Assembly: GCA_951406725.2 (NCBI GenBank)
Contig: OX597825.1
Coordinates: 66,402,001 to 66,466,000 of the forward strand
DNA from: Octopus vulgaris
Lineage: Eukaryota
DNA length: 64,000 nt
Direction of reading: 5' to 3'
Each line of letters starts with the position of its first letter. The stretch's first letter is position 1. The notes beneath the pieces are model-generated. The model was given only the letters and a program-made list of their open reading frames with translations. It did no database searches and was not told the DNA's origin. This document shows, piece by piece, positions 40,707-53,634 of this stretch. The translations under genes were made by a program, and so were the position numbers.

Positions 40707-40893
40707 GATATTACTTAAATACAGAGGTCCCGGCGCCTCGATGTAAAGTTATAAAGGGGAAGTAATTTAGTTTTACCGAAACTAGTGATTTCACATAACC
40801 CTAAAACCTTAACCGTAGTTTTGGTAAAACTAGATTACCTCCTCTTCATTTCTTTACGTAGATGCATCGGGACCTCTGTTTTTAAGTAGTGCC
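40707..40893. mobile_element. Older MITE related at the termini to 16687-16936
   Basis: Imperfect TIR (GGCACTACTTAAA..AGAGGTCCC); TSD AAAGATAT (40699-40706 and 40894-40901). Confidence 0.65.
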
Positions 40894-41702
40894 AAAGATA
40901 TTACAATAAATTGCATTAAGATGATAGTAATAATGGTTTCAAATTTTGGAACAAGGCTAGTAATTTTGGGGGAGTTGCAGTTTATTGCATGACTAAATAG
41001 TCTATAATTAAAGTTTCCTAAATATACTAAGAATTGAAGTTAGTTTCATATTATAAATTTGAGAGGATTAATAAAGTTCGTTGCTTCGTTATAATTCGCC
41101 GTGTTCACGCAACATTTTGCTTGAAGCAAATCAATTCTATAAATGTTTCCGCAGCATAACAGCGAGTGAGTTTTCTAGTAATGTATTAGGCCAAAAACAA
41201 CAAAAAAAAAGGTAGTAGATTCATGGAGTTTGTATAGCCTCTGATCAAATATCTTGTTGAATTTAATTACTTCACTTTACGTCCTGAGTCCAAATTCTGC
41301 TCTACGTCAATATTTTCACTCCTTCCTCTATAACTAACACACACCTCAGCATCGTGTATTTCATCATTTAACCTGTTATTCGCAGGAAATAATATAAGAC
41401 AAATTCTTAGCTGACACAGCAGAAAAAAAAAGAGAAATGAAGCAACTTTATTAAGTTTTTACATCGTAGATCTACGGACCGAATACTTTTATTATCAGGT
41501 ATGATATATTTACGCATTGCTGATTTTTTTACCCGGATGGATGCGCATTGGGAAAAATTGTACCCTCACTTATTTATGAGAGACCGCTGCTATAAGTGTG
41601 TGTGAATCCGAGAGGGAGATATGTGAATAAAATGATAATTAACCTGCATTTTCTTTTACTCAGAGTCAGGAACTTTTCAGCGCCCCCTCGTGTATATGTA
41701 TG

Positions 41703-41747
<45 letters not shown>

Positions 41748-42480
41748 AAAGAAAGTCAAGATAGAAAATGCTAAAATAATTTTATAAAAAACATTTCAGT
41801 ACCGGTTTCAGTCATTGAGACTTTTTCATCTGTAATTATGGAAAACAATTAAATTTTGGAAAAATTAAAAAAGTTTTTTAAAAGAATATTTGCATAGTGT
41901 TCAAATACAAGTGGCATTTCCCTTGTTTCTGCCTGTCTCTGTCTCTCCTGTGGGGTTCGAGGTCGTTGTGACTTCTTGGTAGGGAAGATATATATATATA
42001 TATGTATAAAAATACAAACTGGGACAAGAATGCAAAACATTTAGGAGACGATACAAAAAAACACGGACGGGACATTCGAAGCCTTCAATCTTCAGTCAAG
42101 AACCGGATCATCCTCGCAATTTCGGCTGATTAAGAGAGCTTGAGTATATGAGAAAGAAAACAGGATGGGTTTGTTTGAGCGGAGAGTAAGTGCTTGTGTG
42201 AGAGAAAGCTACAGAAACAGAGAAACTGGTGATAATTTCAAACGAAAAAATGCAATAAAACAAATCACACGAAATCGATTTTGTTTTTAATTATATTTTA
42301 ATCATCGTTAAACTTTACAAGAACATAATTAGAACTAATTGTCGTGATGACCAAGTAGGGTAGACTTCTTGTTTAGGCAACTCTCAAACCCGTATTTGGC
42401 GTAGTGTCTTTTTTTGAATTTCTTCCACACCATTTGATTCGTTCAACTTCCTTCCATTTCAAGATTGTGTGATGAAGATT

Positions 42481-42491
42481 TCAGTAAGCAT
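42481..42491 (-). CDS. SCP: SCP precursor, terminal coding exon (D-A-Y-stop), followed by 3'UTR
   Basis: Acceptor ATTTTGATATTGCAG|ATGCTTACTGA; completes the phase-1 codon G|AT to give ...CVADAY*. Confidence 0.85.
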
Positions 42492-44764
42492 CTGCAATAT
42501 CAAAATAACGGAACTTCATTTAGTGGTTTAAATCTCAGTAGTACAATGTCGCGGTTTTCTGAATTGACCTTACACAACGCATCTTATACAACAATTTCTT
42601 TTTTTTTTTGCATATTTGCAGTGAAATCTTAGCCTCGGGTTATTTTAATACGGTATGAGAATCTGATATAAATTTTCTTCTCCTGAAGATCTCTATCCGA
42701 AACATTTGAGTTCACCGCTATCACATGATATAAAAACCTATACAAACTTTTTATATTTTATACCACATATCGATATATAACACGTTATTGTGTATGTATA
42801 GCAAAATAAGTTGGGATCATTTTTGCATCCTTTCGTTGAAGCTATGTCATTTGATATCTATCTCTATGATTAAAAAAGAACATGAGTTGGTTGAGCATTT
42901 ACGTTACACTTTGTGTGATCACATTTAGGTAATTTGATCTTTCCTAATGTCCTACGGAAAGACTCGTAAAACTGTCAATAACAAAAGACGGAAAGAGTCG
43001 TTACGCTGATTCTACTTCGTATCTTCGTAATCTCGTGCGGAGATGTTATAGTGAAACCATTTTCATGATGTTTATCATGTACAATGGAATAGGTGCATTC
43101 AATTGGAATGTCTTGGAGTTTTTTTCCAACTGTGAAAACAAAAGCTCTTAATGTGCTTGGTTTCCTTCCGTATTGAAGGGATAAAAGTGATGGGATAAAT
43201 TTATGAATATCAAACAGAAGATTTTAGGGTTTAAACCTTAATTATCAGGTTTACTAAAGTGTATTACTGATAAAGTTTATCAGTTAATTTGAATTTTGGC
43301 AATAAATAGGAAAGTTTCGGTACTTCTGTTTTAAAAGTCTTGACACAAAAATACTTTTTTTTCTTATAAAAATAATTTATTTCAGGTGGACAACATAAAT
43401 TGCTCGGCCTATCTGAAATTTCATGGGTTTCTACTACCTTTTAAAACTAAATTTTGCGATCAGCCAAGATCGTAAATTGATTTCTTTTCCAAACATGAGC
43501 AATTTCAGTACATCAAAAACGTTTACTAACCATGAAAAACTAAGGTCATTTTCGGAATCAGCACCATCAAATTAGCTAAAAACGTCTTTTGTTTCTTGAC
43601 AACAAAATCGTGGTGACCAGTGTAGTTAATTTACGGTAATTCAATATTTTAGTTTTTACTTTTGATTTCATTTAATGTATAATATATTGATTTCAATTTT
43701 TGGCATACGACCAGTATTTTTTTGGGGGGAGGGAAAGTCGATTACATCGAATCCAGTGCTTAATTGGAACTTATTTTATCGACCCCCAAACGATAAAAAG
43801 CAAAGTAGGCGGAATTTAAACTCCGTATGTAAGGACCGACGAAATGCAGTCTAAGCATTTGGCTCAGCGTGCAAACATTTATTATTTCTTTACTGCCCAC
43901 AAGGGGCTACACACAGAGGGGACAAACAAGGACAAAGGGATTAAGTCGATTACATCGACACCAGCGTGTAACTGGTACTTAATTTATCCAACCCGAAAGG
44001 ATAAAAGGCAAAGTCGACCTCGGCGGAATTTGTCTTTACGTTCTGAGTTCAAATTCCGCTGAGGTCAACTTTGCCTTTAATCCTTTCGAGTTCGATAAAT
44101 TAAGTACAAGTTACGCACTGGGGTCGATATAATCGACTTAATCCGTCTGTCTGTCCTTGTTTGTCCCCTCTGTATTTGGCCCCTTGTGGGTAGTAAAGAA
44201 ATAGAAATAGGTATTTCATCTGCCGCTACGTTCTGAGGTCGACTTTGCCTTTCATCCTTTCGGGGGTCAATAAAATAAGTACCAGTTACACACTAGGGTT
44301 CATGTAATCGACTGGCCCATTACCCTCCAAATTTTCAGGGCCTTGTGCCAAGAGTAGAAATGATTATCATAGTAGGGAGAAATTAACGTCGTGTTAGAAT
44401 GAGAAGACAAAAATTAACCAATATTTAATGGAAGGCAACAGCAAAGAGCTTTTTTCTTTTTTGAAGATAGGTGAAACTACTGGGTCTTTTTGAAACGAAA
44501 GACTGAGAAGTGTTAATATTTGAGGCGGAAGGACCATTAACCCGACTGTTGGAAAATAGATCTAAGTTATGTACTAAATCAGAAGATACATTTACCTTTA
44601 ATGAATAATTGAAATCCTAATTAGATAAAAGTGTAATTAATACATAGTTGGCGTATAGAATTACCATTTATTACTTTTGGACAGAGGTATTCTCGAATAG
44701 CGCTGACCTAAAAACTGATACAAAAATTAACACAGACGTGATAGTCGCATGATATAATAATAAA

Positions 44765-45273
44765 TAAATGCGCTCTTTTAAAGCCTAGCCAGGCTCATGG
44801 CCCGGTTTCCCGGTTTCTGTGGCGTATGTGTTCCCCAGCTGGACGGGAAGCCAGTCCATCGCAGTGTTACTCCATTTTGCCAGCTGAGTGAACTGGAGCA
44901 ATGTGAAATGAAGTGTTTTGCTCAATAACACAATGCGTCGCACGGTCCAGGAATCGAAACCATCATCTTACGATCATGATGCTGATACTCTAACCACTAA
45001 GCCACGCGCCTCCACTTTAAATAAATGCGCCCTTTTAAAGCCTACCCAGGCTCATGGGCCCAGTTTCCCGGTTTCTGTGGCGTATGTGTTCCCCAGCTGG
45101 ACGGGAAGCCAGTCCATCGCAGTGTTACTCCATTTTGCCAGCTGAGTGGACTGGAGCAATGTGAAATGAAGTGTTTTGCTCAAGAACACAACGCGTCGCC
45201 CGGTCCAGGAATCGAAACCGCAATCTTACGATCATGATGCTGACACCCTAACCACTAAGCCACGCACCTCCAC
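44765..45273 (-). mobile_element. Two head-to-tail SINEs of head-2/tail-X type (CORE-like middle); another copy at 51272-51510 (+)
   Basis: Units 44765-45014 and 45021-45273 are nearly identical; head GGAGG(C/T)GCGTGGCTTAGTGGTTAG..CAGCATCATGATCG. Confidence 0.85.
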
Positions 45274-45571
45274 AGTTGCATAATATACAAGACTATAAAG
45301 GATCGTCTAAGTAGGCATAGGGTCTGTTAGAAATAGAAGTCAAAGATCCCTTAAAACATACCCACACTATTCCCTATTTGACATAACTTTAGACTAATCA
45401 ACAGCAGTGCAGATCTATATAGACTGGGACATTGTGGAGACGGTACATTTAAGTCTCTTGGTCATAATGATAAATATTCCAACAGTCATAAAATACGACG
45501 CTACTGTTGATTTTAGCGTGCAATACAAACAAAACTATTCAATGTCCCACGTCTTAGAAGGTGTGTGTGTG

Positions 45572-45635
<64 letters not shown>

Positions 45636-45638
45636 TAT

Positions 45639-45963
45639 GGAGCACTCCGTCGGTGGCGACAACGAGGGTCCCAGCTATTACGATCAACGGAACAGCTTGC
45701 TCGTGAAATTAACGTGCAAGTGGCTGAGCACTCCACAAACATGTGTACCCTTAACGTAGTTTTCAGGGAGATTCAGCATGACACAGTGTGTGACAAGGCT
45801 GGGTTTTTGAAATACAGGTACTACTCATTTTTGCCAGCTGAGTGGACTGGAGCAACGTGAAATAAAGTGTCTTGCTCAAGGGCACAACGCGCCACCGGGA
45901 ATTGAACTCACGACCTTACGATCATGAGCCGAATGCCCCTAACCACTAAGCCACGCGCCTTCA
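45639..45963 (-). mobile_element. SINE of head-2/tail-Y type
   Basis: Head like 45273 joined to the tail shared with 46825-47000. Confidence 0.8.
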
Positions 45964-46480
45964 CCCCCTAAGCTGATACTTTATGAAGAAAGGCAAAGTT
46001 ACACTTACTAAGAGGTTTAACACGAAGTGACGAATTCGCACTCTGATTTCAGATCTCGACGAAGTAATTTTTGCCTTGTTTCATAAATAAAGTAATGGTA
46101 CTCCGTCAGTTATGACGATGATCAAAGGAAAACAGCCTGCTTGTGAAGTTAACGTGCAAGTGGCTGAGCACTCCCCAGACACGTGTACCCTTAACGTAGT
46201 TCTTAGGGAGATTCAGGGTGAGACAGAGTGTGACAAGGCTGACCCTTTGAAATTGGTAGTGATGAGGCGGGGAGACAAGCTTGCGTGGGAAGCATCTAGT
46301 CTTTCATGAAATATGAATAACATTCTTCTCCAACATGAAGGTCTGGGTAACGTATTACCCAGACCTTCATGTTGAAGAAAGTTCAAGATGCAGATTTGTG
46401 GCATCACAAGATATATGGAGGCCAGGGTACTTTACATTATAAGCACATAGAAACAAGAAGAAACAAAGAGAATAATTTAC

Positions 46481-46664
46481 CTGCAACACAAACAGAGTAG
46501 ATCGTTCTTTGTCCAGATTTCTGTAAAACCTTTTTCAGACCAGGGCAACATTCCATTCCAATGGGACAGATACCGACATATTTCGTAAGAGGCATACCGC
46601 AGCAGGTGTAATCAGGCTGATTATCAGATCGCCCCTGACGGGGCAATGCAAGGTATCCATTGCT
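46481..46664 (-). CDS. SCP: Small cardioactive peptide-related peptide (SCP/SCPRP) precursor, peptide-coding exon
   Basis: Acceptor TTTTTCTGTTTTAG|, donor GCAG|GTAAAT; reads SNGYLALPRQGRSDNQPDYTCCGMPLTKYVGICPIGMECCPGLKKVLQKSGQRTIYSVCVA(D). SNGYLALPRQ-amide (G-R processing site) matches the Octopus SCP-related peptide, followed by the 6-Cys associated peptide typical of molluscan SCP precursors. Confidence 0.95.
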
Positions 46665-46824
46665 CTAAAACAGAAAAAATAAAATTGATAAGTAAAACCA
46701 CTAACATTCGCTGAGAATAAAACAATAACATATATTTTCAAGCAGACAGATATGTAGAGTGAGTTTTCTGAAATTATAAAAGAGCTTATCAAACTGAGGA
46801 TGAATTATACACACGCCCGTATAT

Positions 46825-47204
46825 GGAAGCACTCCGTCGGTTCCGACGACGAGGGTTCCGGTTGATCCGATCAACGGAACAGCCTGCTCGTGAAATTAAC
46901 GTGCAAGTGGCTGAGCACTCCACAGACACGTGTACCCTTAACGTAGTTCTCGGGGATATTCAGCGTGACACAGAGAGTGACAAGGCCGGCCCCTTGAAAT
47001 ACAGGTACAACAGAAACAGGAAGTAAGAGTGAGAGAAAGTTGTGGTGAAAGAGTACAGCAGGGATCACCACCATCCCTGCCGGAGCCTCGTGGAGCTTTA
47101 GGTGTTTTCGCTCAATAAACACTCACAACGCCCGGTCTGGAAATCGAAACCGCGATCCTACGACCGCGAGTCCGCTGCCCTAACCACTGGGCCATTGCGC
47201 CTCC
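46825..47204 (-). mobile_element. tRNA-derived SINE, head-1/tail-Y type, young insertion in the SCP intron
   Basis: Perfect TSD ACACGCCCGTATAT (46811-46824 and 47205-47218); truncated relatives at 39680-39928 (+) and 46099-46252 (-). Confidence 0.9.
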
Positions 47205-49841
47205 ACACGCCCGTATATAGTATTATTTCACCAAGTTCATCGGAATAATTCTATTTGATGAGGAGAAGGAGTACGAACCGAATAAAATAGGTGTGGCTGT
47301 GTTGTAAGAAGCTTGCTTCCCAACCACATTGTTTTGAGTTCGCCTTGTGAGTGGATTTGGTAGACAGAAACTGAAAGAAGACCGTCGTTTATATATATGT
47401 ATGTATATATGCATGTGTGTGAGTCTGTGGTTGTCCCCCGCCACTGCTTGACAACCGGTGTGTTTACGTCCCCGTAACTTAGCGGTTCGCCCAAACGAGA
47501 CCGATAGAATAAGTACTTGGCTTCAAAAAATTAAGTCCTGAGGTAGATTTGTTCGACCAAAATCCTTCAAGGTGATGCTCCAGCCTGACCGCAGTCAAAT
47601 GACTGTAATAGGTAAAACAGTAAACTCGTCCTAATCGATCAACACAAATACATCATACTTTCTTTTCATTTTCTTTTCTACTCTAGGCACAAGGACCGAA
47701 ATTTTTGAGGAGGAGGCCAGTCGATTAGATCGACCCCAGTACGCAATAGGTACTTAATTTATCGACCCCGAAAGGGTGAAAGGCAAAGTCGACTTCGGCG
47801 GAATTTGAACTCAGAACGAAAAGACAGACGAAGTACCAATTTCTTTACTGCCCACAAGGGGCTAAACACAGAGGGGACAAACAAGGACAGACAGACAAAA
47901 AGAAATAGCAGCCTAATTTCTTTCAAACCACACTACGCTCCTACTTTCTTTAATGTGTAGTTGGTCTTAGTTATCTGAAAGTATCCAGAATGTTTGTGAC
48001 TAAAGCAGCTTCGACACGTATCTGCTCAGCCCCAAATGACCGAGGGCTAAACCACACATCAATAACAGCCATATAACTAGCTCTCCTATCCAAAAAATGA
48101 CTTTGTGGTTAATAAATATTTTGATTATCACATAAATTAATTGCCCAAAGGCTGTAAACTGTACTGTTGTCAATATGTTCGAATGAAACACAGCACCACA
48201 CACACACACACACAACATATGCACATATATAGACATACACAAACATACATACATCTACATATAGACATGTAAACATACATAGATACACATTAATACATAC
48301 GCAACCATATAATTGTATATACATATGCAAACATTTGCATTTAGACAAATTTATGTACACACACACATATATATGTACATATACTCGCATATACAAATAC
48401 ATTTATAGATTTAAATACGAACATATTCAAAATAATATATTTTAATTTATTCCCATTCTCTTCCGAACGCTTATTCAAGTTAACAAACAATCCATTATTT
48501 TCATTTCGTCGTGTGGAGTCCGTATCTGCTGTTGGCACCTATACCAAAACGCTTCGTCATTTCACATCATTATAACACTTGTCTTGCTCTATTGGGACAA
48601 CAATTGGAGCTCGATAGGGGACCTGCAGCGGTCTTTTCAAATACTAACTTAAAAAACAATAAAAATATTGAAGGCATAGGGAGAGCCTTGGAAGTTATGT
48701 AACCGTAGGGAAACAAGTGTGCATTTGTTGAGAAGAAGAATTTTCTTTTAGATTAAAACGTTCTATTCAATCTTCTTCCCGTTTTCTTAATAAATGAGGA
48801 TATTATGGTCTCGATACACTTCGTCAACCGAGACTACAATACACGTTAACTATCCAGCTTAATTCAATGGCGAGGGTCATATTTATTTCTTTATTGCTCA
48901 CAGGGGGTAAACATAGAAGGAACAAACAAGGACAGACAAAGGGATTAAGTCGATTACATCAACCCCAGTTTATTTAACCGACCCTGAGAGGATGAAAGGC
49001 AAAGTCGATTTCGGTGGAATTTGAACTCACAACGTAACGTCAGATGAAACACCTATTTCTTTACTACCCACAATGGGCTAAACAAAGAGAGGACAAACAA
49101 GGACAATCAAACGGATTAAGTCGATTATATCGATCCCATTGCGTATCTGGTACTTATTTAATCGACCCTGAAAGGATAAAAGGCAAAGTCGACCTCGGCG
49201 GAATTTGAACTCACAACGTAACGGCAGATGAAATACCTATTTCTTTACTACCCACAATGGGCTAAACAAAGAGAGGACAAACAAGGACAGTCAAACGGAT
49301 TAAGTCGATTATATCGACCCCTGTGCGTAACTGGTACTTCATTTGTCGACCTCGAAAGGATAAAAGGCAAAGTCGACCTCGGCGGAATTTGAACTCACAA
49401 CGTAACGACAGACGAAATACCGCTAAGCATTTCGCTCAGCTCGACGAGGGGACATAGCACACACCATGTATCCTATAAACTATAGAGTTTGTTATTTACG
49501 GATATTTGTCCTCATCTTGTTTGTTCAGCTTTCTTCAGGTGTCTTGGGGGAAATTTCTAACGTGGGTTCTCATTCCCAAGGTATTTTTAGATGTTATTAT
49601 CTAATAATAACATCTAAAAATGAAATCGATCTAGGAATCTTGGGGTTAGTAGCTCGCACTATTAACCACTGCACCATATGCCCGTGGGCAATTATGGAGT
49701 GAATTTTAGAGCTTATAAATCTAATATATTTCTATCCTTCCTTAATACAGGTTCCCATATGCTGCTCATATCTGTACTCGGTCTGCTTAGGAGGTTGTTG
49801 TGTCCTAGCATATGTGCTGCTTCTTTTTAGTTTTCGTATTT

Positions 49842-49887
49842 GACACCTGAAGAAGGCTGGAGGGTATATCAGCCGAAACGTTGTGTT
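49842..49887 (+). ncRNA. Minimal type I hammerhead ribozyme motif
   Basis: GACAC-CTGAAGA-A-GGCTG(G)-AGGGTATA-(T)CAGCC-GAAAC-GTT-GTGTT: stem I, CUGANGA core, stem II, GAAA, palindromic ACGU in place of stem III, GUU cleavage triplet. Confidence 0.7.
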
Positions 49888-50181
49888 AACAACAAACACG
49901 ATGACGACAAATATTCGTCAAATGTAAATAATGTAAATAATGTACATAATTCCTCATCTCTTAAATATAGAACTGTATAGTTTGAGTTTGTAGTATCACA
50001 ACTGAGGCGCAAGCAAGACTGTATGATTTAGAAGTTTGCTTCGTAACTTCACGGTTTGGTTTCGGTTTCAGTCCCACTGCGCAGCACCTTGGCAATTAAT
50101 TTATACTATACTCTCGTGCGGACCAATACCTTGTAAGTGAATATGGTAGGCGGAAATTTTGTGGAAGCCCGTCGTATATAT

Positions 50182-50795
50182 AATAAGAGTGGGTGCTGAA
50201 AAGTTCCTGGTTTCGGGTAAAAGAAAATACAGAAAGATCAGTTAATTATGATTCTATCCAATATATTCCCCTTTCAAGGCGGCGAGCTGGCAGAACCGTT
50301 AGCACACCGGGCGAAATGCTTAGCAGTATTTCGTCTGTCGTTACGTTCTGAGTTCAAATTCCGCCGAGGTCAACTTTGCCTTTCATCCTTTCGGGGTCGA
50401 TTAAATAAGTACCAGTTACGCACTGGGGTCGATATAATCGACTTATTCCGTTTGTCTGTCTTTGTTTGTCCTCTCTGTGTTTAGCCCCTTGTGTGTAGTA
50501 AAGAAATAGGTATTTCGTCTGTCTGAGTTCAAATACCGCCGAGGTCGATTTTGCTTTTCATCCTTTCGGGGTCGATAAATTAAGTACTAGTTGCGCACTG
50601 AGGTCGATCTCATCGACTGGCCCCCCCAAAAAAAAATTTCGGGCCTTGTGCCTAGAGTAGAAAAGAATATAATTCCCTCTCAGATTCACCCACTTATTGC
50701 AGCAGTCCTTCAGTTTTTCTAAGCCCCGTAAAAGAACTCGGAAATTTGGGCCTCCAACCAAGCCTTTCGCGATACCCTTAAAGCATTCCCTCGTA
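50182..50795 (+). mobile_element. Mariner-type MITE with nested family-B SINEs (50277-50670); related pieces at 41565-41692 (-) and 63471-63597 (+)
   Basis: TA(C)GAGGG.GTGCTGAAAAGTTCCTGG terminus and CCCTCGTA at the other end. Confidence 0.6.
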
Positions 50796-51513
50796 TATAA
50801 CATATATATCGCCAATTGGCATCATTAGGCTGTAGCTGGCTTTATAGAATAGGAGCCCCAGCATGGCCACAGTCCAATGACTGAAACAAGTTAAAAGATT
50901 GAAAGAATAAAGGAACAGTTATAAATAGTGATTGATTAAGGGTACAATAAAACAGAACAGTGACCGAAATCTTTAACTGATTCTTCCTTTACGTCACCTA
51001 CACAGCATTCTTCTATTCCCGCCACTCAAAGTATTAAGGTCAAATGTCTAAGACAATAGAAGTCAACAATCTGTTGAGACTAAATGCTGTGTTAAATTGA
51101 CTGAGTCAAATGACATTAAAACCACGATATACAATAAATCTGGACATTTATTTCAAATAAATATCTCTGACCCGTTATTTAAGAATCTAAATAGAATTGG
51201 TTGCAATAAACCATTCGTTAACGAGACCGTTTTGAAGGGTTAAGATATTCTAATCCTAATTCAAGACTTGGTGGAGGCACGTGGCTTAGTGGTTACGGTG
51301 TCAGCATCATGATCGTAAGATGATGGTTTCGATTCCTGGACCGGGCGACGCGTTGTGTTCTTGAGCAAAGCACTTCATTTCACGTTGCTCCAGTCCACTC
51401 AGCTGGCAAAAATGAGTAACGCTGCGATGGACTGGCTGGAGAACACATACGCCATTGAAACTGGAAAACCGGGCTTATGAGCCTGGCTAGGCTTTAAAAG
51501 GGCACATTTATTA

Positions 51514-51900
51514 GTGGAGGCCCAGTGGTTAGGGCAGTGGACTCGCGGTCGGAGGTTCGCGGTTTCGATTCCCAGACCGGGCGTTGTGTGTGTTTATTGA
51601 GCGAAAACACCTAAAGCTCCACGAGGCTCCGGCAGGGTGGTGGCGACCCCTGTTGTACTCTTTTGCTCCAACTTTCTCTCCCTCTTTCTTCCTGTTTCTT
51701 ATCCCCGACTTCCTACGCAACCGCTGAGCCTTGATGCGCATTCATCCATCCGTCGATGCTCTCGGTGTGGGGGGTTGACCTGCTTTCTCTTCTGCGGGTC
51801 TTACGAATAGCAAAGGACCACGTTTCGGACTTCTCCCATCTTGCGTGCTCTGGGACGAAGACCGCTTCGCTCAACAAACAAACAAACAATAGCAACAGCA
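51514..51900 (+). mobile_element. SINE with head-1 and a third tail (tail-Z)
   Basis: Head-1 and middle as at 46825-47204, but a different 3' ~180 nt ending in (AAAC)n. Confidence 0.65.
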
Positions 51901-53600
51901 ATGAGTTCGGATTTAGGCACAAGGCCAGCAATTTTTTTGGTGGGGATGGGGTAAGTCATTTTCTTTGATTCCAGTACTCAGCTCTTACTTATTTTATTGA
52001 CCTCGAAAAGATGAAAGGCAAAATGTCGACTTGGCGGAATTTGAATACAGGACGTGAAGGAGAACAAAATACCTATAAGCACTTAGCCAGCTCAGCAGTT
52101 CTGTCTGCTCGCTGCCCTATCAACGTCAGCAATAATAATACCAGCAAAAAAAACAACCAAAAACAAAAACAAAACACAACAAAAAAAACAAACAAACAAA
52201 AAGACGTCTGCAATACAATCTACGAAACTATTCATGACGTAGTATTTGTGTAAGAGACATGTCAATATTAAAAAAAAGGTCGGTGAAAGGTGAATAATGG
52301 TGATGATGATGTTATTGTTACAAGTAATTAAAATAAGAGCAAAATACGAATAATTGAAAGACGAGAGAGAGAGAGGGTTAATCCAAAACTCTCTGCAATA
52401 CGAGACAAATTTAACGCTTTATTTAACATGGGACCTAAATTTTAGGATTCGTGTGGTGCAAAATGTGGCATTTTGTATGGGTTATCACGATTCTGACTAA
52501 ACAAAACATTTTTCTCGAAAGATAACAAGCAAAATATTCTGCACCTCCGCTCACCTACTAATACATTACCGAGATTACTTTCAAATTTTGACACAAGGCC
52601 AGCAATTTCAGGTGAGTGGGGTAAGTCTGCCGATTATATCGACTGATTATTCAACTGGTATTTATCTTTATTGACCCTGCAAAGTTGAAAGGCAGAGTCG
52701 ACCACTCAAAACGTAAAGACGGACGAATCGGTGCTAAGCATTTTGTCCGGCATTCTAATTTCTTTCTAACGATTCTAATTTCTTTACTGTCCACAAGGGG
52801 CTACACACAAGGGACAAACGAGGACAGACAAACGGTTTAAGTCGATTATATCGACTGCAGTGCGTAACTGGTACTCATTTAATCGACCCCGAAAGGATGA
52901 AAGGCAAAGTCAACCTCGGCGGAATTTGAACTCAGAACGTAACGGCAGACGAAATACAGCTAAGCATTTCGTCCGGCATGCTAACGATTCTACCAGTTCG
53001 TCAACTAACTTCTGCTAATTATCACTCGTCTTCTGAATTCCAAGTATGTCTACACATGTCATTGAAGCCAACAGTTTTTGTAGTGAGATCGATATGTTCT
53101 CCCACCATATCATATCAACTTCATTTTATGATTATATCTCTGGCATCTCTGAATTTAGAGGAGCTGGATCGATCACCGAAACCCTGGAGATGTTATTAAG
53201 TGAGTTTGGTTTCAATGTTAAACCGCGAAGTCAAAATCATAAGGAAACCAACCTTGACATTTCATTGTTGGATTTATCAAACATGGTTTTAACTGTCATA
53301 CGCTGGGGTGCAGATTTTTGCGCTTAGTTTTTTATGATTCCGGAGTTTCATCCATAGTGCTTTCGTGGATGGCTCATACTTTGCTATCTGCCAGCCTTTC
53401 CTTTGTCAGTTTAATAGGTTTGAAAAGAATGGTTCTAATTTGTTTGGGTTTGGAGGTATTGTCAAGGTTAACTTCGACCGAAACTTTGGGGTTGTCAGTG
53501 CAAACATACACATACACACATATGTATGTATGTCATTGTTGTTTGTTCCTTCTCGAGCCATGCCTGGCTCATAGGGCCGGTATGTATGTATGTATGTATG

Positions 53601-53634
<34 letters not shown>

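Noticed and set aside
46535-46792. 85-aa ORF overlapping the SCP exon, and the TTG-started 46437-46646 ORF
   Set aside because: Wrong frame or intron read-through; the real exon is 46664-46481.
45639-47204. SINEs flanking the SCP exon as an inverted pair promoting exon circularisation or editing
   Set aside because: All three tail-Y copies around the exon have the same orientation.
48880-49440. Regularly spaced repeats resembling an array (also 56495-57795)
   Set aside because: Tandem SINE units of ~180 bp without unique spacers; not CRISPR.
53046-53500. Plus-strand ORFs of 93 and 115 aa
   Set aside because: No splice or homology support; probably the antisense of a decayed retroelement fragment.
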